From NCBI GenBank assembly GCA_951406725.2, contig OX597843.1:19406001-19470000 (forward strand): DNA of 64,000 nucleotides. The letters are read 5' to 3'. Position numbers and translations under genes: made by a program. This document shows, piece by piece, positions 1 through 14,689 of this stretch (its first letter is position 1; the number at the start of each line of letters is the position of its first letter). The DNA is from Octopus vulgaris (taxonomy: Eukaryota). Under the pieces are notes generated by a model that did not search any database, was not told where the DNA came from, and saw only the letters and a list, made by a program, of their open reading frames with translations.

Positions 1-942
1 AGGTAGAGGCCACGGGTTATGGCCTCACTTGTCCTGCCGGGTCTTCTCACGCACAGCATACTTATCAAAGGTCTCGGTCTCTGGTCATTTCCTTGGTGAG
101 ACTTAAAGATCGGAGGTTGTGCTTCACCACCTCGTCCCAGGTTTTCCTGGGTCCACCTCTTCCACAGGTTCCCTTAACACTAGGGTGTGGCACTTTTTCA
201 CACAACTATCTTCATCCATTCTCACCACATGACCATACCAGCGCAGTCTTCTCTCTTGCACACCACAACTGATGCTTCTTAGGTCCAACATTTCTCTCAA
301 GGTACTTACACTCTATCGAGTATGAATACTGACATTACACATCCATCGGATCATACCGGTTTCATTCCTTGCGAGCTTACGCATATCCTCAGCAGTCACA
401 GCCCATGTTTCACTGCCATGTAGCATGGCTGTTCGTACACACGCATCATACAGTCTGCCTTTTATTCTGAGCAAGAGGCCTTTTATCACCAGCAGAAGTA
501 AAAGCTCTCTGAACTTTGCCCAAGCTATTCTTACTCTAGCAGTTACACTTTCAGCACACCCGCCCCCGCTACTGACTTGGTCACCTAGGTAACAGAAGCT
601 ATCAACAATTTCTAGTTTTTCTCCCTGAAAAGTGGCGGAAGTTGGTCTCTGTGCATTTTCAGTGTTTATTGCTCCTGAGCGTCTGCCACATACAAAAACT
701 ATCTTCCCAGTTAGCCTTCCTTTGACATTGCTGCACTTCTTATATGTCCATAGCTTACACTTGGTGCATCTTATAGAGTTTCTACCTACGCCTTTTCTAT
801 AGATCGAGCAGGGCCATCTGTGGTTTGTCTACCTTCCTACTTAGTAGGACTTTGGTTTTAGCTAGATTGACTCTAAGGCCCTTCGATCGCTAATCCTTGC
901 TTCCACACCTGAAACTTCTCCAGTTCTGATAATGACTCAGCA
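1..942 (-). mobile_element. Degraded RTE-clade (RTE-X-like) LINE, C-terminal ORF2 fragment
   Basis: Minus-strand translation gives LEIVDSFCYLGDQVSSGGG..., GRLYDACVRTAMLHGSETW, RRLRWYGHVVRM and GRGGPRKTWDEVV, the typical post-RT region of RTE-type LINEs. It is broken by stops and frameshifts. Confidence 0.8.
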
Positions 943-953
943 ATATATATATA

Positions 954-3188
954 TCTATATATATAAAACTCAACTTGTGTGTCTGTGTGTTTAACTTCCC
1001 GGCACATCTCCTCCTAGCCAACAAATTGTAGAACCACCAAAAATGGGTCACTTAAATTTTAGGCGAATGAAAATTGAACTGCGCTATTTCTGTTCCGAAA
1101 TTCATCTTGCAAGTGCAAAAATCGATAATGTGTTTGTTTAGGCCTTATCCCATGGTGGGGGGGTGGGGATTACAACATTACAACCGTGTTTCGTGGTCTG
1201 CTACCACAACAGCTCCTTTATAGGATCCAGTTAACTCAAGACATCATCAGGAGGAACCACGTCTTGTTTCGGCCCCTACTCCTCTACAGTTTTGACGTGG
1301 CGGGACCCCTCCTTTTGGAGGTGTCTTCAGCTCTGGTGTTGGGTACATGTCTTCGTTCTTCTTTTCCCTGGCCTCTTCGATGTATCGTCAGCTGGTGACT
1401 GACTGTCTTGTCAAATTTCTCTCTTTAAATACCTGCCACATAGCCCCAGCTACTTGTCACATGACACTGTCTCACCTTAACTGACTAGAGAAGGCGCGTA
1501 GTTTTAGCCCGCGCTTTTTCTAAACGACCATCACCATCACCTGTCAGTCAGCGAAGCTGATTCAGTCAGCCAGTCTCACCTATTGATGTTATTTCCCGTC
1601 GGTTTGTTTATGATTTTCAAGCCATTTTCGGTCTTCCCGCTTCAGCCATATATAGAAGCTGGCTTTTTCGACCGCCTCCTGTACTCTCCTTATTAGTCCA
1701 CGCAGCTCGGGGCTAGAAACAACAAATCTTCTTTTGAAAAGCGTTGTCATTTTCCTTTCAATGAAGCCTCTAGCCCCCACTGCCAGGTGATAATATTCGA
1801 CATTCCATCCCTGTTCTCTGCATTCTTCGATTAGCTTTTCATACCTCCTCACCTTTCGTTCCTCGGCATTGCCGATGTTCTCTTCCCAAGGTACTGTCAG
1901 TTCTAGTAAAATTCCCATTCCCCGGTCTCTGTTCCATAGAACTAAGTCCGGTCTTTTTGTTGCTTTTATTAGTGGAAATACTACTTGTCTTTCCAAGTCC
2001 GTGGCCACCTCCCAGTATCCCTTCCATCTTTCGTCTATCTTGTATACTTTACTTGTAGGCCTTTTCCCTCCCTGTGGAAGTATACTTCCTGCGCTTTTCT
2101 ACTTTTGGGTACTCTCCCCTATTGTACCTCTCGATCTTCTCCTTGAGTGCTGCGCTTATGACGCTGAGGACCTGATTATGCCGCCAAGTATGTCTTTCAA
2201 GTGCTAGTCTGCAATTTGATAGAACATGTCTAACCGTCGCTTTCTCTCTGCATCTACAGTCATCAGTTTTGTTTATGTTCCACCGGACTAAATTCGCCGG
2301 TAAAGGTAGAACGTCGAAGGTAGACTTGATCAGGAAAGATGTTCTTGCTTGTTCCCAAGCCCAAAGTTCCTTCCATGATATTCTGCGGTTGATCACATAT
2401 TCCTCCCATCTCAGGCATTGTCAATTTTAACTGCATTGCACCAAATGTACATTTCGCCTTTCTTCTTCCTCCTTTTTCACTTCGTATACCAATGCCTCTT
2501 TCATCTCTTGAATAGTGAACTTTACTCAGTCAGCTGCTTGACGTGAACTGTGTTCACCACGCGTGCAAGCATGCGTAAATTGCATGAAAAATAAAAAATC
2601 AAGATATAAAAACGAATCACCGTAAACATTGTAGAAATTCGGCAAAGAAATGAATTTTCGGGGTGTAGCCTGGAGGGTTTTTTCGTATTAATCATTTGGA
2701 CTTTGTGAACACATACCAATTGTTTTCATACCATTTTTAACCCTTTGAATTAAATGTGACCATTTTGCGTTGAGTCTGCAGTTTGAATCACTTTAACCAA
2801 ATTTTAGCAGGCCGGATTTTTGATCATCACGATACATCGCCAGCGACTCCCTGAAACTCTCCCCTGAAATCCCCGTTGAGATATACTGATCTTAAAGAAT
2901 AATTCAACAATGCAATTATTTGATCAACAAAATTTTATGAAACCCTTCTACGTACTTCCTATTGAGAAAATGGAACGCATAAGCGCAAAAATAGAGGGCA
3001 TTAAATGCTTGATTTTTAAAACCAAAATAATTGAATTTTGATTGAACTTCATCCAAGTTTAGCTTAATTCGCATGTGCATAGAACGCACGAGCGCACGTA
3101 CGTACATTGTGTAAGAAAGTATTGATTTTGCACTCACAGATTAATCGATTTTCCTCAGTGTGATTAATAAGTCGGGCAATACTGCTAG
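954..3188 (+). mobile_element. Non-autonomous Helitron-like element with a retrotransposon fragment inside
   Basis: Starts A|TCTATATATATAAAACT followed by a GTGTGTCTGTGTG tract and ends GGGCAATACTGCTAG|T. Same terminal pattern as the elements at 17173 and 30795. The 3' hairpin is only partly preserved. Confidence 0.55.
1589..2500 (-). mobile_element. Truncated non-LTR retrotransposon with CCHC zinc knuckle and restriction-like endonuclease (R2 group, HERO-like)
   Basis: ORFs 2049-2396 (CRCREKATVRHVLSNC...WRHNQVL) and 1589-2008 (KRPDLVLW...ILLELTVPWEEN...RKVRRY...GARG) carry the CCHC and PD-(D/E)xK-type RLE motifs. Split by stops or frameshift; no RT core present. Confidence 0.85.
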
Positions 3189-3214
3189 TATATATATATA
3201 TATACATATACATA

Positions 3215-3378
3215 TATACGATGGGCTTCTTTCAGTTTCTGTCTACCAAATCCACTCACAAGGCTTTGGTTGGCCCGAGGCTATAGTAGAAGACACTTGC
3301 CCAAGGTGCCACGCAGTGGGACTGAACCTGGAACCATGTGGTTGGGAAGCAAGCTACTTACCACACAGCCACTCCTGC
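3215..3378 (-). mobile_element. tRNA-derived SINE family 1, 5' half
   Basis: Reverse complement of the GCAGGAGTGGCTGTGTGGTAAG...GGTTCAGTCCC...ACCTTGGGCAAGTGTCTTC head seen in the full copies at 24010 and 25607. Confidence 0.8.
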
Positions 3379-3404
3379 ACAAATGTATGTATATATATGA
3401 GGAG

Positions 3405-3740
3405 GAAACCCCCTTCGGTGATGAATGACCTTGGGATTGCACCTAGAAAGTTCCCCTCCGAGGCACAAGTCCAGGCAAGGTTGTTTGTGGAAGACCAGCA
3501 GTCGCCCATGCATACCAGCCTCCCCTCTCCACGCCACCAGTGTTATCCAAGGGAAAGACAAAGGTCGATACAGCTTGGAACCAGTGACGTCGCAACTCAT
3601 TTCTACAGCCGAGTGAACTGGAGCAACGTGAAATAAAGTGTCTTGCTCAAGAACACAACACGCAGCCCGGTCCGGGATTCGAGCTCACAACCTCACGATC
3701 GAAAGCTCGACGCTCTAACCACTGAGCCATGCGCCTTCAC
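3405..3740 (-). mobile_element. tRNA-derived SINE family 2, full-length
   Basis: Minus strand begins GTGAAGGCGCATGGCTCAGTGGTTAGAGCG with A box and a B-box-like TCGAATCC. Near-identical copies at 10622 and 53497. Confidence 0.8.
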
Positions 3741-3751
3741 AGACAGAAAGA

Positions 3752-3870
3752 TGTTTACAGCACCTAGGTTTCCCAAGTGGTCACCCATCTAAGTACTAGC
3801 TAGGCTCGATTTTGCTTAACTTCGGTGATCGGACGAGAACTGGTGTTTTCAAAGTGATATAAGCCGATAT
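3752..3870 (-). pseudogene. Dispersed 5S rRNA pseudogene
   Basis: Reverse complement reads ...TTGAAAACACCAGTTCTCGTCCGATCACCGAAGTTAAGCAAAATCGAGCCTAGCTAGTACTTAGATGGGTGACCACTTGGGAAACCTAGGTGCTGTAAAC. About 119 nt, matching metazoan 5S with several substitutions and a degraded 5' end. Confidence 0.9.
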
Positions 3871-4546
3871 AAAGTAGGAAAAATATAGTAAAAGTAATAA
3901 AAATTCTTGAATGGAATTTCTAAATATTTTGACGCATTGCTACGTCTTCTCTTCACCTCCCACCCTGCCCCACCAAATAGGCACAGAACGGCCCACATTG
4001 GTCAAAATTGGTAAATAACCCTCACTTAAATTTCCATCAATGTTATTTTGCCCAAAGAAATGAATGCGTGAGCACAATCCATGGATTCTACGAACTGCAA
4101 TGTAATCAGAGCAAGAATACGGACTTCTGATCATAAGAGACATGAGATTTGTGGAAACGTGCGTAGCAATGTGTTAAAATGTTTATAAATGCCATCCAAA
4201 GATTATTATTTTTAGTATATTGTGTGTGTGTGTGTGTGTGTAGAAGACACCTGCCTTAGGCAGCATGCAGTGGGATTGAACCCAGAACCATGTATTTGAG
4301 AAGCAAGCTCCTTACCACATGGACATGTCTGTGCATATATATATATATATATACACATATATATAGAAAATAGTAAAAAGTGAAAAAACTACAGAAGGCT
4401 TGTTTTAAAAGGTTAAAGAATATATATTTAAGTCAATATGTCTGAAGAATATTATAAATTTTTTTATTACAATGACATAGTTTAGAAGAAAGACCGGTTT
4501 CGCGTTTAGCTTTTCAAATTTCTTACGTCGTTATATATATATACAT

Positions 4547-4579
<33 letters not shown>

Positions 4580-4649
4580 CACATACATATATACACACAC
4601 ACACACAGCACTATCACAGTCCACCTTGGACTGTAATAATCTCCAATGA

Positions 4650-5087
<438 letters not shown>

Positions 5088-5099
5088 TGATCCTGTAGA

Positions 5100-5650
5100 C
5101 CTATGATCAAAAGTGTTCCAGCTGTGACCATTCTGTCTTTTATTCAGGCATAGGGTATCAAGGACTACATTATTTAATGTGTCTTTCTTCATTATTGCAT
5201 TTTAGCCCTGGACAGTCAGAATCCAATTGTCCCATGATCATAGATGTTCCAGTTGTGACCATCCTGTAGTCATAGTGTATCTAATGTGTCCTTCCTCATT
5301 GTTGTTTAGCCCCAGGTCAGTCTTTATCCAACTGAACTATGATCAAAGATGTTCCAGTTGTGACCATCCTGTCTTTTATACAAACACAGTGTACCTAGGA
5401 GTACATTATTTAATGTGCCTTTCTTCATTATTGCATTTTAGCCCTGGACAGTCAGAATCCAATTGTCCCATGATCATAGATGTTCCAGTTGTGACCATCC
5501 TGTAGTCATAGTGTATCTAATGTGTCCTTCCTCATTGTTGTTTAGCCCCAGGTCAGTCTTTATCCAACTGAACTATGATCAAAGATGTTCCAGTTGTGAC
5601 CATCCTGTCTTTTATACAAACACAGTGTACCTAGGAGTACATTATTTATT
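5100..5650. repeat. Intronic tandem repeat, 236-bp unit x2 built from related subunits
   Basis: ORFs at 5227 and 5463 start identically (236-bp offset). The motif ATGATCA(A/T)AGATGTTCCAG(C/T)TGTGACCAT recurs five times. Confidence 0.85.
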
Positions 5651-5740
5651 ATGTCCTTGTCCTTCTTGTCTATCCTGTTGTATTATAATGATGCTGATGT
5701 TATAGACGATCACGCAGGTGTAGTTGTTTACCTTAATTAA

Positions 5741-5965
<225 letters not shown>

Positions 5966-6375
5966 TAAGATCATTTCGTAATCATGTGGTCTCGGGTTCA
6001 ATCCCTCTCTTTGGCTGTCTTCTCTTATAAACCTGAGATGACCAAAAACTTCTGAGCAAATTTGGAAAAACAGCAACTGTGTGCACTGCTGTTTAGTGGT
6101 TAAGGTGTTGCATTCACGATTGCGAGAATGTGGGTTCAATTCCAAGACTGGGCTTGCATTGTGTTCTTGGGCAAAACACTTCATTTCCCATTGTTCTGCG
6201 ATCATTTTATCATCTGACATGTGGCACCCATTGCACCTGTACAGGTAATGTCCATCTGATGGAGAGAATGAGCTTATGTCTACGCAAATATTTGATCATT
6301 ATAAACAAATCATCTTTGTGGTTGTCCAGTAAGAAACTGTCAAACCCTCATATGTCGTCTAACAATGGGAGAGTT

Positions 6376-6427
<52 letters not shown>

Positions 6428-6865
6428 CATCATCATCATCATCGTTTAATGTCCGTTCTCCATGCTAGCATGGGTTGGACGGTTCGACCGGAGATCTGGG
6501 AAGCCAGAAGGCTGCACCAGGCTCCGGTCTTATCTGGCAAAGTTTCTACAGCTGGATGCCCTTCCTAACGCCAACCACTCCGAGAGTGTAGTGGGTGCTT
6601 TTTACGTGCCACCTGCACTGGTGCCAGGCGAGGCTGGCATCGGCCACGGTCGGATTGGTGCATTTTTACGTGCCACCTGCACGAGAGCCAGTCGAGGCGG
6701 CACTGGCTTCGGCCACGAATAGGATGGTGCTTTTTACGTGCCACCAACACGGAAGCCAGTCGAAGCGGTGCAGGCATCGGCCACGATTCGGATAGTGCTT
6801 TTTACGTATCTCCAGTCCAGGGGTCCTGGCATCTGCCGGGTGCCAGTCATAGGATTGGTTCAATT
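6428..6865 (-). mobile_element. Interspersed retroposon ending in (GAT)n (probable RTE-LINE 3' UTR or derived SINE)
   Basis: Shares ...GGAAGGGCATCCAGCTGTAGAAAC...CATGCTAGCATGGA...GGACGTTAAACGATGATG with at least 10 other copies (e.g. 11290, 13700, 22460, 27190, 31515). Contains internal GCACGTAAAA subrepeats. Confidence 0.75.
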
Positions 6866-6993
6866 ATATATATATGTGTGTGTATATATTAGGCAAGATG
6901 ATTTGCTGTACTTGATAAGACACATGAAGCCAAGTAAAATCGCTGTCGTCCATCCATACAAGCTTGTCTTTTGCAGGTGTCAGTACCACATAA

Positions 6994-7195
<202 letters not shown>

Positions 7196-7711
7196 CAGTT
7201 TCCATCTACCAAATTCATGCAAAAGGCATTGGTTGGCCCAGAGCTATAGAAGAGGACATTTGGAATTGAACACAAACCATTGTATTGCAAAGCAAGCTTC
7301 TTAACCACACAGCTAAAGCATCTGAAATTAGCAGAGTCTGTAAAGTATGAATTTGTTGTAGCTCCCTACAATCTGAGTCCAAATCTTTTTGTTTGGTTTA
7401 CTTTAAGGCCCTTTCATTTGAGGCTTTGCTTCCACTTTTGAGATTTCTTCTCTAAATATTAATTCAGCTATAAAACCTGTGGTTCAATATGTCTGACATT
7501 GGTCAAGAGAAATTTCAAATATTTCTACTTTCAGACTTCTTATTCAACACTTCAAACTTTTATATCACAACATTATACTTTTCTGCAAAACACAAACTAC
7601 ATCTCTTTGCTCCAAAGATATATGGAGTGGAGGAGTGTTATCATTCCCACTATGCTCCAGTTCATAAGACTGTTGCCAGTTCCACTATATGTGTACATTG
7701 TATCCTTACAG

Positions 7712-7841
7712 GCTTCAACACGCAGAGTGGGGTTGTAGTTTTGGCTGCAACGAACCGTGTCGACATTCTAGATCCAGCTCTTCTGCGTCCTGGTCGATTT
7801 GATCGACAGATTTTTGTTCCCGCACCTGACATAAAGGGCAG
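7712..7841 (+). CDS. AFG3L2: AFG3L2 exon (second region of homology, Arg finger)
   Basis: (G)[42 protein letters not shown](R), flanked by CAG and GTAAGT, in phase with neighbouring exons. Confidence 0.95.
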
Positions 7842-8398
7842 GTAAGTACGAAAGTACTTGATATTTACAATTTCACTTTTACTCTTCATCCTTTGCTTAT
7901 TTCACTTATTGGACAGTGGCCATAGTGGGGCAACACTTCAAAGGGGTTTTGCCAAAAAAGTCAACCCCAGTATTTGTTAGTATTTTTTAAGTCTTGTATT
8001 CATTATGCCAGTCTGACATAAACAAACCAACAGCAGTTGTGAAGCGATGGTAGAGGAACACACAGACACATGACTGGCTTTCTTCAGTTTCTCCCTACCA
8101 AATTCACTCCCAAAACATTGGTCAGTCCATGGCTATAGTAGAAGACACTTGCCCAAGGTGCCATGCAGTGAAAATGAACTTGGAACCACATGGTTGCAAA
8201 GTGAGCTTCTTAACCACCCATCCATGCCTGCAGCTCTTAGTAATTTATCAAAAGAAACGTTTACTGATATTCAAGGCAACATATTAAGTAAGGGGTCAAT
8301 ATTGAGACCTGCTGTCCCCTAATGTCTGACTTTCCTGAAATGAAAAAGACCCAAATATTGTTTTCTTGAGAGAATTGATTATGAAAACACCTAAAAGT

Positions 8399-8890
8399 GA
8401 TTTCATTTCATTTCATTTCATTTGACTTTGAGTCCATGCTCAGGCCAAGTCGAAGACTCCACCCTCAGAGTCTGGCGTGGTTGCCAGGTTGTATTCTCTG
8501 TTTAATTTTGACATGTGTAGGAGCGAGTTTGAGTCAGTTTGTGCTCGTTGTGTATATCCTGGGAGATGGGGTTCATCTCTAATGGTGCTAAAGTATCTAT
8601 CCAGCTGCAATTTGAATGATTCCACACTGCATCCTGATAGATTTCTGACATGTACCGGAATGGAGTTGAATAGTTGTGCTCCTCGAACCAACAGACTTGA
8701 CTCTCGCAGGGTTTTTGCTGCCTGGCCAGCCTTTTTGTTGATTGGTGGTAGCTGGCAGCGTCTTCCGTGGCGCAGTGAGTGGTAGGTTTTGATACCAAAG
8801 TTTGGCACCTTTTGCTCTATCATTTTCCAAATGTATATAATTCGGTATCGCTCAAATCTTCTTTCTATTGAGTACATCTTCAAGGTTTTG
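8399..8890 (-). mobile_element. 5'-truncated CR1/L2-group LINE 3' end with (AAATG)n tail
   Basis: ORF 8440-8883 (YSIERRFERYRIIYIWKMI...RGAQLFNSIP...SVESFKLQLDRYF) is the typical ORF2 C-terminus. (TTTCA)n at 8400-8422 is the tail. Confidence 0.75.
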
Positions 8891-9204
8891 AAGATGCAAA
8901 ACTTATTTTGTCATCGTCGTCATCATTGCCATCATCTTTGTCATCTTTCTTCTCATTATCTTCTTCATTGTCATCGTCATCATTATCATCGTCATTTGTA
9001 ATAGCAACTTTTCCATCCTTGTACAAATCGAATGGAGTTTAACAGGTTTGAGTTTTTTGGGGCTTTTTTTGTGTTTTTTTTTTGATGGTTGGGTGCCCTT
9101 CCTGTTGCCAACCCTTGCCCGTTTCCAAGCCCAAAGTAGCAGTTCCGCATGGCCAGACATGTTTTCGTGGATGACCCATCCACCCTGCACCATCAAATCA
9201 AGGT

Positions 9205-9240
<36 letters not shown>

Positions 9241-9275
9241 TATACATACACACACATATACATACACACACATAT

Positions 9276-9316
<41 letters not shown>

Positions 9317-9468
9317 TACACACACACACATATATACACACATATACACACACATACACACACACATACACACACACATACACACACACACACACATACA
9401 CACACATATACACACACACACATATACACACACATATACACACACACACATATACATACACACACATA

Positions 9469-9516
<48 letters not shown>

Positions 9517-9562
9517 TATACATACACACACATACACACACACACACATACACACACACACA

Positions 9563-9609
<47 letters not shown>

Positions 9610-9708
9610 ACACACACACACATACACACACATACACACACACACACACACATATACACATACACACACACATACACACACACACATACACACACACATA
9701 TACACACA

Positions 9709-9769
<61 letters not shown>

Positions 9770-9777
9770 ACACATAT

Positions 9778-9830
<53 letters not shown>
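9205..9830. repeat. Compound (CA)n/(TA) microsatellite, about 625 bp
   Basis: Directly visible. Confidence 0.98.
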
Positions 9831-9831
<1 letters not shown>

Positions 9832-10162
9832 ATATGGTGCCACATTGTTAAAAGTGCTGGTGTCACGTAAAAGGCAGGCAGTACACTCTGGAGAGGTTGG
9901 CATTAGGAGAGGCATCCAGCTGTGGAAACCCAGCCAGAACAGACGATGGAGCCTGGTGCGGCTCTCCAGCCTTGCCATCCCCAGTCAAACCATCCAACCC
10001 ATGCCAGCATGGAAAACCGACGTTATTCAAAAGTGCAGGGTTTGGCCACATGACCACCACCACCATCCACCCACCCACATCATTCCCACCACCATCCACC
10101 CACCCGCATCATTCCCACCACCACTGCAGCTAATACTAGTAATGTTGTTGTTGTTGTTGCAG

Positions 10163-10260
10163 AGCTTCCATTTTTAGGGTCCACTTGAAGAACCTGAAAA
10201 CAGAGATAAACAAGGATGATGTTGCACGCAAAATGGCCTCCCTCACTCCTGGATTTTCTG
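10163..10260 (+). CDS. AFG3L2: AFG3L2 exon (AAA lid)
   Basis: CAG|A GCT TCC: (R)[32 protein letters not shown](G), donor GTAAGT. Not in the ORF track; found by phase matching. Confidence 0.93.
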
Positions 10261-10621
10261 GTAAGTTCTTGGCAAATTGCATCATATTGCGGTAACCTAG
10301 CAGGTCTACCTTTGTATAACTTTCACACACGAGAAGGGGCTGAAAAGTTGCTGGCTTTGGGGGTAAAAGGGAATACAGAGGATCAGTTAATTGCGATTTT
10401 ACTCAACATATTCCCCCTCTCAGTTTCATGCACACACTTATTGTAGAAGTCCCACAGTTTTTTCAGAACCCAGAAAGAGAACTTGGGAAGTTGGACCTAC
10501 AACGAAGCCTCTCATGACATCCTTAAAGCCAGAAAGTTTTCAGCACCCCCACCTCACTCATGTGAATACACACACGCATACACACATATGTATGTATGTA
10601 TATTTATATATATAAAGGGTA

Positions 10622-10920
10622 CAGACCCCCTTCAGTCGTGAATGACCATGGGATTGCACCTAGAAAGTTCCCTTCCAAGGCACAAGTCTAGGCAAGGTTG
10701 TTTATGGAAGACCAGCAGTCACCTGTGGATACCAGCCACCGATGTTATACACGGGAAAGGTAAAGGGGCCGATACAGCTTGGCACCTTTCTACAGCTGAG
10801 TGAACTGGAGCAATGTGAAATAAAGTGTCTTAAGAACACATCACACAGCCCAGTCTGGGAATCGAACTCACCACCTCGGGTTTGTGAGCCTGGTACTCTA
10901 ACAACTGAGCCATGCACCTT
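10622..10920 (-). mobile_element. tRNA-derived SINE family 2, internally deleted copy
   Basis: Aligns to 3405-3740 with deletions. Confidence 0.75.
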
Positions 10921-11031
10921 TATATATATATATTCTTTTATTAGTTTTAGTCATTTGATTGTGGCCATACTGGAGTACCACCTTATATATAATGCATATA
11001 TATACACAGACGGGGAGAGAGAGAGCAAGAA

Positions 11032-11272
11032 AGGTGGCAAGCTGGCTCAAATGTTCGCATGCTGGGCGAAATACTTAGCGGGATTTTGTCTACCATTATG
11101 TTCTGAGTTCAAATTCTGCCGAGGTCGACTTTGCCTTTCATCGCTTCGGGGTCGATAAATTAAGTACCAGTTACGCACTGGGGTCGATGTAATCGTCTTA
11201 ATCCGTTTGTTTGTCCTTGTTTGTCCCCTCTGTGTTCAGCCCCTTGTGGGCAATAAAGAAATGAGAGAGGGC
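11032..11272 (+). mobile_element. tRNA-derived SINE family 3 (Meta-domain-like core)
   Basis: GGCAAGCTGGC... head, B-box-like GAGTTCAAATTC, core GCCTTTCATC...GGGGTCGATAAATTAAGTACCAG. Other copies at 16260(-), 19437, 26645, 27080 and 39617. Confidence 0.75.
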
Positions 11273-11525
11273 TTTGTCCTAGGATATGTAGTGCCGGTGG
11301 CACATAAAAAAGCACCAACCGATCGTGGCCGATGCCAGACTCCTCTGGCACCTGTGCAGGTGGCGTGTAAAAAGCACCCACTACACTCATGGAGTGGTTG
11401 GCGTTAGGAAGGGCATCCAGCTGTAGAAACACTGCCAGATCAGACTGGAGCCTGGTGCAGCCTTCTGGCTTCCCAGACCCCAGTAGAACCGTCCAACCCA
11501 TGCCAGCATGGAAAACGGACGCTAA

Positions 11526-11720
<195 letters not shown>

Positions 11721-11744
11721 TAAACAACGGCTGGGGTCAGTGTT

Positions 11745-12080
11745 CTGTGGTGGTGGTGGTGGTGGAGGAGGCAGAGGTGTGGTGGTGGTGGTGGTGGTGG
11801 TGGTGGTGGAGGCAGAGGTGTGGTCGTGGTGCTGGTGGAGGCAGAAGTATGCTGGTGGTGGTGGTGGTGGTGGTGGAGGCAGAGGTATGCTGGTGGTGGT
11901 GGTTGTGGTGGTGATGGTGGAAGCAGAAGTATGCTGGTGGTGGTTGTGGTGGTGGAGGAGGCAGAGGTATGCTGGTGGTGGTGGTGGTGGTGATAGTGGC
12001 GGCGGCAGAGGTGTGGTGGTGGTGGTGGAGGCAGAGGTATGCTGGTGATGGTGGCGGCAGAGGTGTGGTGGTGGTGGTGT
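11745..12080. repeat. GGT-rich minisatellite (GGAGGCAGAGGTATGCT(GGT)n)
   Basis: Directly visible, irregular unit. Confidence 0.85.
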
Positions 12081-12283
12081 TTTATATGATACAGGTGTGA
12101 CATGGTGATGGTATGCTGTGGTTGTGGCAGTAGTGGTGTGTTTTATTGCGCTTCAGGTGGTTTGGGAGGAAGTTCTTTTGGGGTAGTGGTGGTAGTAGTG
12201 TCTGTTACAAGCTACACCACCACCACCACCACTTTTTGGTATCACCTGTATCACAGCCACTGCTGTAGTTGGACCCCGCTTGA

Positions 12284-13147
<864 letters not shown>

Positions 13148-13662
13148 TGATGACCCCTTCCTTCGACATGGGCTTTGCAATGTATATGTGGATATGTTCT
13201 TTTTATTTGTTTCAGGCATTTGACTGCGGCCATGCTGGAGCACTGCCTTTTAGTTGAAGAAATCGACCCCAGCATTTATTCTTTGTTAAGTCTGGTACTT
13301 ATTCTCTTGGGCTCTTTTGTTGAACTGCTAAGTTACAGGGACGTAAACACACCAACATCGGTTGTCAAATGATGATGAGGAGGGCACAAACTTGGACACA
13401 AACACACACACACACATAAATACATGTAGCATGTAAAAAGCACCATCCAAACGTGATCGTTGCCAGGCCCGCTTTATTGGTTCCCGTGCCGGTGACACGT
13501 AAAAGGCACCCACTACACTCCTGGAGTGGTTGGCATTAGGAAGGGCATCCAGCTGTAGAAACCAGATCAGACTGGAACTTGGTGCAGTCGCTGGCTTTCC
13601 AGACCTCAGTCAGACCGTCCAACCCATTCCATCATGGAAAACGGCCATTAATCAATGATAAC

Positions 13663-13703
<41 letters not shown>

Positions 13704-14689
13704 TCATATCATCATCGTTTAACGTCCGCTTTCCATGCTAGCATGGGTTGGACAGTTCGACCGGGGATCTGGGAAGCCAGAAGGCTGCACCAGGCTCCAG
13801 TCTGATCTGGCAATGTTTCTACAGCTGGATGCCCTTCCTAATGCCAACCACTCCGTGAGTGTAGTGGGTGCTTTTACGTGCCACCTGCACAGGTGCCAGG
13901 TGAGGCTGGCAACGGCCACGGTCGGATTGGTGTATTTTATGTGCCACTGGCATGGAAGCCAGTCGAAGCGGTGCTGGCATCGGCCACGAGTCGGATAGTG
14001 CTTTTTACGTACCACCAGACCAGGGATCCTGGCTGGTTCAATTCAGAAAAATACAAACTGGGACAAGAATGTAAAACATTTAGAAGACGATACAAAAAAC
14101 ACGGACGGGACATTCGAAGCCTTCAATCTTCAGTCAAGAACCGGATCATCCTAGCAATTTCGGCTGATTAATCTTGAGATCGCTCCGATCCGGCCAGCCC
14201 CAAGGAAAAACTAAGCTACGAGCATTAGATTTCTTGGAAGAAGGATCGAATGTATATGAAACAGGGACAGAAAAACGGACGATGCCACACGAATATAAAA
14301 TACACATACACACACATACGACAGGCTTCTTTCAGGTTCCATTTACCAAACCCATTCACAAGCCCTTGGTCGGCCTAAGGCTATAGTGGAAGACTCTTGC
14401 CCAAAGTACTATACAGTGGGACTGAACCCAGAACCGTTTGGTTGGGAGCAAGTTTCTTACCTCACGGTCATGCCTGCACTTATGTATATATATTTCTTTT
14501 ATTTGTTTCAGTCATTTGGCTGTGGCCATGCTGGGGCACCACCTTGAAGAGTTTTTAGTTGAATGAATTAGTCCTGGTACTTTTTTTTTTTTTAAATCTT
14601 CCCAAAGCCTTGTGAGTGGATTTTGATAGATGGAAACTGAAAGAAGCCTGTCAGCATCATCTACATCCACTGGTTTCCCTCTAGCCAGA

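Noticed and set aside
8903-10177. Long His/Thr and Cys/Val ORFs
   Set aside because: Translations of the (CA)n microsatellite; no coding signal.
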